Assembly: GCA_038897215.1 (NCBI GenBank)
Contig: JAWAWX010000001.1
Span: forward strand, 64,001-128,000
Source: Acidilobaceae archaeon
Lineage (GTDB): Archaea > Thermoproteota > Thermoprotei_A > Sulfolobales > Acidilobaceae
DNA: 64,000 bases
Reading direction: 5' to 3'
The translations under genes and the position numbers were made by a program. Below, in pieces: positions 29,073 to 37,396 of this stretch. The notes under the pieces were generated by a model. That model ran no database searches, was not told where the DNA came from, and saw nothing but the letters and a program-made list of their open reading frames with translations. Positions within the stretch are counted from its first letter, which is position 1; the number at the start of each line of letters is the position of its first letter.

Positions 29073-30311
29073 GTGAGGATCCTGGCTATACTAGCTGGAG
29101 GCAGAGGAGAGAGGCTGAAGCCTCTCACCGAGACCAGGCCCAAGGCTGTCCTCCCTGTTCTCGACGAGCCCCTAGTGTGCAGGCACGTGAGGCTAGCGAG
29201 CTCCTACTCGAGCTTCGACAAGGTCGTAGTCGTAGTATCCTACGAGGCTACTCAGGTAGCTAGAGCTCTCGAAGAGTGCGGAATCGAGGCAGAACTCGTG
29301 AACCAGGGGGGAGAGCTGGGCACGGGTGATGCCATAGCTAAAGCCATGGAGGCAGGGGGTCCCGGGGACTACACTCTGATTTACGGTGACGTCTACGTGA
29401 AAGAGGAGGTCTACGAGCTCCTCTCTAAGCTAAGAGCTCCCAGCGTGCTCCTAGCAGAAGCCAGAGACCCCTCTAGCTACGGGGTCGCTAGAGTGAGCCC
29501 CGACGGCTTCCTCGAGAGCATAGTAGAGAAGCCCTCGAGTCCTCTCGGCTCCTCTCTGGTTTTCGCTGGACTACTCAAGCTCAGCTACGAGCACTCAAGC
29601 TTCTTCAAGAACCTCAAAGCATCCCCCAGGGGGGAGCTAGAAGCCACAGATGCTCTAAACGAGATCTCGAAGAGCTACGAGGTCAAAGTAGCGGTAGCTC
29701 CTAGAGACTCGTGGGTAGACGTAGGCAGACCCTGGGATTTCCTCAGAGCAAACATCATGGCTCTCTCCGAGCTGAGAGAACAGGTGATCGAGGGCGATGT
29801 GAGCGAGAAAGCGGAAATCTCGGGGCCTGTGCTCGTGAAGAGAGGTAGCTCCATAAAGCCCTACACGGTCATCGAGGGACCAGCCTATGTGGGCGAGGAG
29901 GCTGTAGTAGGGCCTCTGGCTCACGTCAGAGGCTACACAGTAATCGGCAAGAGAGCCTTCATCGGGGCCTTCACAGAACTCAAGGCAAGCGTGGTGCTCG
30001 AGAGAGCGCGCTTACCACACTTGAACTACGCTGGGGATAGCGTGATAGGAGAGTACGCGAATCTAGGAGCTGGAACCAAGATAGCTAACCTCAGATTCGA
30101 CGAGCAAGAAGTCGAGATGACCGTCAAGGGAGTTAGAGTCAAGACGGGGCTCAGGAAGCTCGGCGCGGTGATAGGAGGGTACGCTAAGACTGGGATAAAC
30201 GTCTCGATAATGCCAGGCGTCAAGATAGGCTCCTACGCTATCATATACCCGGGGTGTGTTGTGAGTAGAGACGTAGAGCGAGGAGAGGTGCTCAACTGCT
30301 GGTCACGGTAG
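29073..30311 (+). CDS. glmU: Archaeal bifunctional sugar-1-phosphate nucleotidyltransferase/acetyltransferase (GlmU-like)
   Basis: LAGGRGERLKPLT, EKP, SPRGELE, hexapeptide LbH region with HLNYAGDS and NLGAGT. Confidence 0.88.
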   Translation: MRILAILAGGRGERLKPLTETRPKAVLPVLDEPLVCRHVRLASSYSSFDKVVVVVSYEATQVARALEECGIEAELVNQGGELGTGDAIAKAMEAGGPGDYTLIYGDVYVKEEVYELLSKLRAPSVLLAEARDPSSYGVARVSPDGFLESIVEKPSSPLGSSLVFAGLLKLSYEHSSFFKNLKASPRGELEATDALNEISKSYEVKVAVAPRDSWVDVGRPWDFLRANIMALSELREQVIEGDVSEKAEISGPVLVKRGSSIKPYTVIEGPAYVGEEAVVGPLAHVRGYTVIGKRAFIGAFTELKASVVLERARLPHLNYAGDSVIGEYANLGAGTKIANLRFDEQEVEMTVKGVRVKTGLRKLGAVIGGYAKTGINVSIMPGVKIGSYAIIYPGCVVSRDVERGEVLNCWSR

Positions 30312-31840
30312 GCCTAGCCTACCCGAGCGAGGAGCGAGTAGCGCTATCAAGCCTAGCCTATCATCTAGTAGGGGGGCTTCTCGAAGAGCTAGGAGTAGGA
30401 GTCAGAAGGTACTTCCTAGAAGATGGGAGCGTGAGGCATAGAGGCAGGTACAGAGAGAGCCCTAGGTCGAACGATGCGGTGATGGTGAGCATATCCTACG
30501 AGCTCCTCTACCTAGACGCAGCCAAAATGCTCTACTCTATGGGAATCCCCCCAGCTAGAAATGCGCGCTCCGAGAGCGACCCTATAGTCATCGCGGGAGG
30601 CCCGGCTCCCACGGGCAACCCTCTACCCCTATGGGAGATAGCGGACGCAGTAGTGATAGGCGAGTTCGAGGAGATAGCGGACAGCATAGTCGACGCTCTC
30701 TCCAAGCCCACTAGGCACTCTAGGCTGAGAGCTCTCTCCGAGATCGAGGGGGTTCTAGTTCCAGACTACACAGCTAGCCGAGTGAAGAGAGCCTACGTGA
30801 GAGACCTCGACTCAGCCTGGTACCCTCTCAGGCAAGAGCTCCCCCAGGGAGTAGAGCCCGTGTGGGGCAGAGTCTTCATGCTCGAGACTAGCAGAGGGTG
30901 CTTCAGAAAGTGCAGGTTCTGCCTGGAGGGGTGTATATTCAAGCCTAGGAGAGACAGGAGCTTCACCAAGCTTAGAGAGCTCTTGGAGACAGGAGTCTCC
31001 ATCAACAAGGTAGGCAAGGTATCCTTCTACAGCCTCTCATTCTTCGATAGCCCTAGCGGAGAGCGCATACTAGAACACGCTGTATCCCTCGGTCTCGAAG
31101 TCTCAGTGCCCAGTCTGAGAGCAGAGACTCTGACCGATAAGAGAGCTCTCCTCCTCGCTGAGGGGGGTCAGAGAACGGTCTCCATAGCCCCCGAGACTGG
31201 GAGTAGCGTGATAGCTAGAGCTATCATGAAGCTATCGGGGCGAGCGGGGGCTCTGAGAGCAGCCGAGATCCTGGCCTCAGCCGGAGTCAGGCAGGTCAAA
31301 GTCTACCTGATGGCGGGATTCCCGGGGGAGACCGAGGAAGACTTGAGCGACACTATCGGCATGATGCTTGACGTCAAGAAGATTCTGGAGAAGCGCGGAG
31401 CCAGAGTCAGAGCGTCAGTGAACCCCTTCATACCCAAGCCCTCAACCCCCCTTCAGTGGTTCGGCTTCAGCAGAGAGAGAGCCGAGAGAGCTCTAGAGCT
31501 CGCCCGGGCTCTCTCGAAGGCCGGCGTCGAGGCAGATGTTTACCCGCTAGACTACGCTGAGCTACAGACAGCTCTCGGGAGAGCGGACGCTACATCGTCT
31601 AGAGCCATAATCGAGACAGCTCTCGCTGGCGGAGGCTACAGGAGCCTCTTGAGAGCTCTCAAAGCGAGGTCGCGAAAGCCTCTGGTAGACTGGAGCCCTA
31701 GCGAGGAGCCAGCTTGGTCGATGCTGATAGAGGACTACTACACGAGCTCAGAGAGGCTCAGAGGAGAGCTACGAGAGTATGTGGATACTCTATCGAGCGC
31801 GGGTAGAGATGTGAAGCGACTCCTCCCCCAAGACTTCTAG
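30296..31840 (+). CDS. Radical SAM protein with N-terminal B12-binding-like domain (CUG start proposed)
   Basis: ETSRGCFRKCRFC, SISYEL, IAGGP, APETGS, FIPKP. The conserved-looking N-terminus VGLAYPS...ALSSLAY lies upstream of the ORF-track start at 30431. Confidence 0.85.
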   Translation: MLVTVGLAYPSEERVALSSLAYHLVGGLLEELGVGVRRYFLEDGSVRHRGRYRESPRSNDAVMVSISYELLYLDAAKMLYSMGIPPARNARSESDPIVIAGGPAPTGNPLPLWEIADAVVIGEFEEIADSIVDALSKPTRHSRLRALSEIEGVLVPDYTASRVKRAYVRDLDSAWYPLRQELPQGVEPVWGRVFMLETSRGCFRKCRFCLEGCIFKPRRDRSFTKLRELLETGVSINKVGKVSFYSLSFFDSPSGERILEHAVSLGLEVSVPSLRAETLTDKRALLLAEGGQRTVSIAPETGSSVIARAIMKLSGRAGALRAAEILASAGVRQVKVYLMAGFPGETEEDLSDTIGMMLDVKKILEKRGARVRASVNPFIPKPSTPLQWFGFSRERAERALELARALSKAGVEADVYPLDYAELQTALGRADATSSRAIIETALAGGGYRSLLRALKARSRKPLVDWSPSEEPAWSMLIEDYYTSSERLRGELREYVDTLSSAGRDVKRLLPQDF

Positions 31841-31986
31841 CTCGAGCCGAGCTACTCGGCATCAGCGAGTGGGAGAGAGTGAGAGTAAGCCTCGCTGCGG
31901 AGACTAGAGCTGAAAGAGCTCCCTCTAGAGGCTCTATTTAAGCCTTGAGTTCAGCTGTGTTTAGAAGAGCCTCAAGGTGTAGAGGA

Positions 31987-32634
31987 GTGGCTATCTCAGC
32001 ATACCAGCATATGGAGGAGTGGTGGAAGAAGCCCTACGAGGGGGAGCACGCTGAGGTGATGAGACTCAGGCTTATCGAGTGGAGGAGAGAGCCCGTCGTA
32101 GTCAGAGTAGAGAAGCCGACGAGGCTGGGGAGAGCTAGAGCTTTAGGCTACAAGGCTAAGCAGGGAGTAGTAGTAGTCAGAGTGAGAGTCAGGAAGGGGG
32201 GTAGGAGGAAGGCTAGACCGAACAAGGGTAGAAGGCCTAAGAGAATGGGGGTCTACGGCTTCGCTCCAGCAAAGAGCCTGAGGCTCATAGCCGAGGAGAG
32301 AGCTCAAGCCAAGTACAGAAACCTAGTAGTCCTCAACAGCTACTACGTTGGAGAAGACGGGAAGTACAAGTGGTACGAGGTGATCCTAGTAGACCCCCAC
32401 CATCCCGCTATCAAGAGCGACCCTGAGCTGAACTGGGTATGCTCCGGCAAGCACAAGGGGAGGCCCTTCAGAGGGCTCACTAGCGCTGGGAGGAAGATGA
32501 GAGGCTTGCTGAAATCGAGAGGGCTCAGAGGAACGCACAAGCACAAGTGGAAGAAGAAGGCTAAGGAGAGAGAGCTCAAGAAGAGGCATGAGGCTAGCAG
32601 AGGAGCAAGGCTCATAGAGGAGAGCAGAGAGTAG
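31987..32634 (+). CDS. rpl15e: 50S ribosomal protein eL15
   Basis: [39 protein letters not shown]. Start GTG 31987. Confidence 0.97.
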   Translation: MAISAYQHMEEWWKKPYEGEHAEVMRLRLIEWRREPVVVRVEKPTRLGRARALGYKAKQGVVVVRVRVRKGGRRKARPNKGRRPKRMGVYGFAPAKSLRLIAEERAQAKYRNLVVLNSYYVGEDGKYKWYEVILVDPHHPAIKSDPELNWVCSGKHKGRPFRGLTSAGRKMRGLLKSRGLRGTHKHKWKKKAKERELKKRHEASRGARLIEESRE

Positions 32635-32663
32635 CCCTCCCTGCTCTCAGGGAGCGCGTAGCT

Positions 32664-33098
32664 ATGTCTGTATCCTCAGCAGTCCTCAGAACTCACGTTC
32701 ACGCTACGGAGGACAGAGAGAAGGTCCTAGCTGCTCTCAGAAACACTCTCCCCCCGTCTCTCAGAGAGACCGTGGAGGTCGAGAGCGAGTCTTACGAGGG
32801 GCACTACGGGAACAGGATCGAGGTCCTCACAGTGGAGCTGAGAGACTCCGAGGAGGCCGGAGCGCTCCTCTCCTACCTCCTAGAGTCTCTAGGAGACGCG
32901 GATAGGAGGCTACTCCTCGCTACTCTAGCAGAGAGAGTGGATGAGAGCGGCTCGCTCTACCTGAGGCTCGACAAGCAGAGCGCCTACAGAGGCGTGCTTG
33001 AGCTAAGCGATGGAGACGACGTTATCAAGATTGAGATACGAGTAGAGGGCGGCAGGAGAGGAGCTCTAAGGATACTCAAAGAGGTGCTCTCGAGATAG
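32664..33098 (+). CDS. Conserved archaeal RNA-binding protein (COG1325/DUF54)
   Basis: HATEDREKV, GHYGN, LYLRLDKQ. Canonical position between rpl15e and rnp3. Confidence 0.9.
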   Translation: MSVSSAVLRTHVHATEDREKVLAALRNTLPPSLRETVEVESESYEGHYGNRIEVLTVELRDSEEAGALLSYLLESLGDADRRLLLATLAERVDESGSLYLRLDKQSAYRGVLELSDGDDVIKIEIRVEGGRRGALRILKEVLSR

Positions 33099-33778
33099 GG
33101 GGCTTCGCCGACCTAGGCCTCAGGCCTAGAGACGTTGACGCTGCTCTAGAGATGGTCAAGCTAGCCAGAAGGCTGGGCTACAGGCTTCTCTGCATTGAGG
33201 CCAGCGAGACTGTGGACTACGAGGCGGTAGCCAGGCTAGCTGGAGAGCTGGGCGTGAGACTATGCGTTAGAGTCACGGTCGAGGGGAGGAGCAGGAGGGA
33301 GGTCAGAGCTGAGATAGAGAGAGTGAAGAAGAGCTCGGGAAACCGTCTCCCGCTGATAGTGGTGAACGCTAAGACCGTGGACTCTATGAGGTACTCAGCT
33401 ACATGCAAAGAGGTAGCACTCACTAGAGTAGAGCCTGGCTTCGAGAAGCTCATAGACAAGTCTCAAGCGCGACTCTTCGCTCAAAGAGGCTGGGGAGCGG
33501 TAGAACTCACACTCAGACCCCTGCTAGCCGGGAGCGGTCTCGACTACCTCTACTCAGCTGTCTCTAGAGCGTTGGAGGCAGGAGTAGACGTAGTCGTCTC
33601 AAGCGATAGCAGAGAACCGTGGGAGATGTGGAGCCCCTATCATGTAGTAGGGCTACTTGTCACCATGGGTGTTCCCGAAGCCACAGCTAGAACCTGGGTC
33701 TCCTCGGCTCCAGCTAGAGTGTCGGAGAGAACTCTCGCTGAGAGCATGCAGCACTCTCAAAGACTGTATCAGAGTTAG
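33095..33778 (+). CDS. rnp3: RNase P protein component 3 (Rpp30; AUA start proposed)
   Basis: PHP-like pattern GFADL...ARRLGY...VVSSDS...SP in conserved context. The first strand lies upstream of ATG 33152. Confidence 0.82.
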   Translation: MGGFADLGLRPRDVDAALEMVKLARRLGYRLLCIEASETVDYEAVARLAGELGVRLCVRVTVEGRSRREVRAEIERVKKSSGNRLPLIVVNAKTVDSMRYSATCKEVALTRVEPGFEKLIDKSQARLFAQRGWGAVELTLRPLLAGSGLDYLYSAVSRALEAGVDVVVSSDSREPWEMWSPYHVVGLLVTMGVPEATARTWVSSAPARVSERTLAESMQHSQRLYQS

Positions 33779-33834
33779 AGTTTTAGGCTTGGAATTCAAC
33801 AATTTTTGATAGCGTTGTCAGGTGATACAGTTAA

Positions 33835-34671
33835 TTGATAGAAGCGGAGATGATTGAGGCTCTCAGAGAGATCGCTGGCAGAGTAAACGTCTACTACGCG
33901 CTAGCCAGTATCGCGCTCTACTTCCTCTCACTCTTCATATGGAGCTTTAGATGGGCGCTAGCTTCTCGCATAAGACTCAGCGTCTACAACGTAGCGCAAT
34001 TACTAGAAGGGATACTAGTAGGGATCCTGGTCAACAACCTCGTAGGCTTCTATAGCGTTGGAGGAGAGGTAGCTAGAGTAGTCTGGGTTTCCTACAGGGG
34101 TAGCGCTGAGTCAGCTAGGCTTCTCGCCGGCGTAGCAGTAGAGAGAGTCTCAGAGGTCCCCATAGCTCTAGCTTACCTCGCGTTCTTCACGAGTCTGGTG
34201 AGAGGAGAGCTAGCACTACTACTCCATATTCCAGCAGTCGCTAGCAAAGCCGGTAGCTACGCTCGCCTAACTCTCAGAAGTCTTAGGGAAGCATTATCGA
34301 ACCCATTGCTCCTCGCGGCTCTAGCAGTATTGTCCACTATGCTCTGGCTCATCGACAGCCTGAGGCTACTACTGCTCGCTAGGTCTGTCGGCGTCCCTAT
34401 AGACATAGCTACAGCTGCTTCGCTAACGCTTCTCGGCATAGCCTCTAGGATAGTGCTACTCACTCCAGCAAACCTAGGGATCTTCGAGGGAGTCTACCTA
34501 GGCTTCCTCAAAGCCTCAGGCTACAGTCTAGGAGACTCTCTAGCCGTAGTCCTCGCCGAGAGACTGCTAATCTCTCTCATGCCCTCTATCCTGGGCGCTC
34601 TCATAGTCTTGAGAGAGGGGGGCTTCGAGGTACTCAAGAGAGTGAGCAGAGATGGGGGGAGGCTTGCGTGA
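33835..34671 (+). CDS. Lysylphosphatidylglycerol synthase TM-domain (UPF0104) flippase-like protein
   Basis: FRW, NNL, GGEVAR, ER, TPANLGIFE motifs in a multi-TM protein. Confidence 0.88.
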   Translation: MIEAEMIEALREIAGRVNVYYALASIALYFLSLFIWSFRWALASRIRLSVYNVAQLLEGILVGILVNNLVGFYSVGGEVARVVWVSYRGSAESARLLAGVAVERVSEVPIALAYLAFFTSLVRGELALLLHIPAVASKAGSYARLTLRSLREALSNPLLLAALAVLSTMLWLIDSLRLLLLARSVGVPIDIATAASLTLLGIASRIVLLTPANLGIFEGVYLGFLKASGYSLGDSLAVVLAERLLISLMPSILGALIVLREGGFEVLKRVSRDGGRLA

Positions 34672-35804
34672 GGATAGCCATAGTGACTGATTCCTATAAG
34701 CCTAGAGTAGGCGGTATAGAGAGCTTTCTCGAAGACTTCACGAAAATCCTGGCTAGAGAGCATGAGGTGATAGTGGTTACTCGAGTGAGCTCTCTCCAGA
34801 GGCACAACGGGAGAGAGAGCTCAGCCATCGCTGTGAGAGAAAACGGGGTTAGCGTCGTGAGGCTACCCTCATCGTACATAGACTACCGGGGGGTAACATT
34901 TAACCCTAAGTCTATAGCTATGATGAGCAGGATTCTCAGAGCTCTAGACCCCGACGTAGTCCACGGTCACAGCCTATACTCTACTCTAGCTCTGCTAGGA
35001 GCTTACTCGAGCTGGAGGTATCTAGAGAAGCCCTCGGTTCTCACAGCACACTCATTCCTAGACAAGGACACTCCCCGGTATCTAGTGCTCGGACTCAGGC
35101 TACTAGTCAGAAACGTGGGGGTCGTCACGGCGGTTAGCAGAAGTCTAGCGGAAGAGCTGTGGAGGAGGCTAAAGCCCCCCCGTCTAGCTGTAACCTACAA
35201 CTGCATCATATGCAGAGAGTGGGCTGAAAGCGAGGAGGAGAGCTCTCTCGAAGGAGACCCCGTGCTCGTCTCAGTGCTGAGGCTAGCTCATAGGAAGAAC
35301 CCGCTGGCTCTAATCGCTCTAGCCGAGGAGCTGGCTAGAGTAGCCCCGAAGGCTAGACTCTACGTGGTGGGAGAGGGGGAGCTGAGAGGAGTCATGGAGA
35401 AGAGAGCTAGGAAGAAAGGTTTAACCAACATAGTCTTCTTGGGAGCTCTAGACAGACGTGGAGTCATGAGAGTCCTGAAGAGGAGCCAAGTCTTCCTGCT
35501 ACCCAGCAGAACTGAAGCCCTCGGTCTCTCAGCTCTCGAAGCCATGGCTTCAGGAGTCCCCGTCGTAGCCATGAGAGTCGGAGGCCTCCCCGAGGTTGTC
35601 GCTCACGGAGAGAGCGGTCTCCTAGCAAGCTCCACTAGAGAGTTCATAGAGCACGCTCTGAGACTCGTGAGCGACGAGCAGACCAGGAGGAGGCTCGCAG
35701 CGGGGGCTCTCGAGCGCGCCAAGCTCTTCGACTGCGAGAAGCAGCTCCCCAGATACCTGGCTGTCTACAGGCTCGCGGAGAGAGCTCTGGCTGAAGCGAG
35801 ATGA
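34668..35804 (+). CDS. GT4 glycosyltransferase, PIG-A-like
   Basis: DSYKPRVGGIE, VHGHSLYS, VLTAHS, RLAHRK, EALGLSALEAMASG, VGGLPEV. Confidence 0.92.
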   Translation: MRIAIVTDSYKPRVGGIESFLEDFTKILAREHEVIVVTRVSSLQRHNGRESSAIAVRENGVSVVRLPSSYIDYRGVTFNPKSIAMMSRILRALDPDVVHGHSLYSTLALLGAYSSWRYLEKPSVLTAHSFLDKDTPRYLVLGLRLLVRNVGVVTAVSRSLAEELWRRLKPPRLAVTYNCIICREWAESEEESSLEGDPVLVSVLRLAHRKNPLALIALAEELARVAPKARLYVVGEGELRGVMEKRARKKGLTNIVFLGALDRRGVMRVLKRSQVFLLPSRTEALGLSALEAMASGVPVVAMRVGGLPEVVAHGESGLLASSTREFIEHALRLVSDEQTRRRLAAGALERAKLFDCEKQLPRYLAVYRLAERALAEAR

Positions 35805-36535
35805 GGAGCACGGCAACGCTCACGGTAGACGTTGAGATGGACGCGCCGCCCTGTCTCAACACCTGGAGGGGTGTAGAGGAGGGCCTCCCCCTTCTCCTAG
35901 ACGTTCTCAGCGTTATCGGAGCCAAAGCTACCTTCTTCACTCTCGGGATCGTAGCAGTCAAGTACCCTAGAGCCGTCTCCAGGATAGTAGATGAGGGGCA
36001 CGAGCTCGGAAGCCACGGGTGGGACCACTCGAGACTAGACAAGCTCAGCCCCAGAGAGGCGGTGGAGAACGTCAAGAGGAGCCTGAGAGTTCTGAGAGAC
36101 TACGGGGAAGTCAGGAGCTTCAGAGCCCCCAACTTCAAGCTACCACACTGGCTCCTAGGCTTCCTCAAAGAGGAGGGAGTCGAGGTAGACTCGAGCATAG
36201 CCAGATACAAGCCCCCGTTTCCTCGAGGCATCGCCGTAGAAGAGGGGCTCGTGCGAGTCCCCGCCAGCTATCCTAGTAGCGTCTTCAGGCTACCCTTCCT
36301 CATACTGAAGCCCCTCCTCCTAAGCGCGGGCTCTCCAGTGGTTCTCGACCTCCACCCCTGGGAGCTAGCAGAAGTCAGGTGCGCGAGCAGACCGGACCTC
36401 ACGGCCGGCGTTGGGAGAGAGCTAGCGGTCAGAGTAGCCAGGTCTCTAGCCTACCTCGAGTCAACGGGCTACTCCCTCCTCTCCCTGGGAGAGCTAGTGA
36501 GAGCTCATCTCGAGAGAGCCCCCGCGCTAAGATAA
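35801..36535 (+). CDS. Polysaccharide deacetylase (NodB/CE4)
   Basis: LTVDVE, ATFF, GHELGSHGWDH, FRAP, LHPWE. Confidence 0.92.
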   Translation: MRSTATLTVDVEMDAPPCLNTWRGVEEGLPLLLDVLSVIGAKATFFTLGIVAVKYPRAVSRIVDEGHELGSHGWDHSRLDKLSPREAVENVKRSLRVLRDYGEVRSFRAPNFKLPHWLLGFLKEEGVEVDSSIARYKPPFPRGIAVEEGLVRVPASYPSSVFRLPFLILKPLLLSAGSPVVLDLHPWELAEVRCASRPDLTAGVGRELAVRVARSLAYLESTGYSLLSLGELVRAHLERAPALR

Positions 36536-36574
36536 GAGCCCCCCAGCTCGGCTGGAGAGCTGGGAGAGTGATGC

Positions 36575-37345
36575 TTGCGAGCAGCTAAAGCCAGGAGGCT
36601 AGTGTTGGCAGCGCTAGCAGCGCTCGCTCTAGCGTCGGTAGCAGCTCTCCTAGGGGGCCTCCACCTAGAGGAGCGAGTCCTCAGCGACGTAGAGCTAGCC
36701 GGGGGGAGCTACAGAGTAGAGCTGGCTAGTGGAGCGGTCGAGGTCGTGGTCTCGGAAGGCTACACGGTCGAGTGGCGCCTGGTCTACTCCCAGCTAGACG
36801 TTGGCGGCTTCATAGCAGTCTACGTGATCGGCAACAGCACAGGCTATGAGCTACTCGAGGGGCGGAGCGGTGTTGCTGACCTCCCTCTCGGAGCAAAGCC
36901 CTCGAGCTTCATACCAATGACCTCGGAGGGCAACGTGATCCCCAGAGAGGCGGAGACTGTCGAGAAGGGGCGGTTGCGCGTAACCTACGCTGACCTTCTG
37001 ACGGGGCGCACGGTCATAGCCGAGTTCACTCTACTCTACAGGGATATACTTCTGAGAGCAGAGGGAGCGGCCGGGTTCAGCTTGGCTCTCAAAGCGGTAG
37101 CACCGAGCGGAGAGACTAGAGTGGAGAGAGCCTCCTGCAGTCTAGGAGTTTGCGAGCTATCACTCAGCGGGGTCCACGCTCAGAGCTACGAGGTCTCGGT
37201 CACGGCCGAGAAACCGCTTGCTAAGACCCTCCTAGTCTCTCTCTTAGCCTTATCCTCAGCAGGACTCGCTCTAGCGTTACTCCTCGAGGCTCGAGAGACC
37301 GCGCTCGCCAAGAGGTTCTCTAAAAGCGCTTCCCACAAACCTTAA
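36575..37345 (+). CDS. Hypothetical surface/membrane protein
   Basis: N-terminal signal/TM, beta-rich middle, C-terminal TM followed by a basic tail. Confidence 0.65.
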   Translation: MRAAKARRLVLAALAALALASVAALLGGLHLEERVLSDVELAGGSYRVELASGAVEVVVSEGYTVEWRLVYSQLDVGGFIAVYVIGNSTGYELLEGRSGVADLPLGAKPSSFIPMTSEGNVIPREAETVEKGRLRVTYADLLTGRTVIAEFTLLYRDILLRAEGAAGFSLALKAVAPSGETRVERASCSLGVCELSLSGVHAQSYEVSVTAEKPLAKTLLVSLLALSSAGLALALLLEARETALAKRFSKSASHKP

Positions 37346-37396
37346 GCTTAAAAGCGCTCAACTCAACCGTAAACCCAGTAGTAGTTAGGGGGTGTA

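Noticed and set aside
30296-31840. GDGT ring synthase or tRNA methylthiotransferase assignment for the radical SAM protein
   Set aside because: No TRAM or MTTase N-terminal cysteines, and I cannot distinguish the subfamily without a search.
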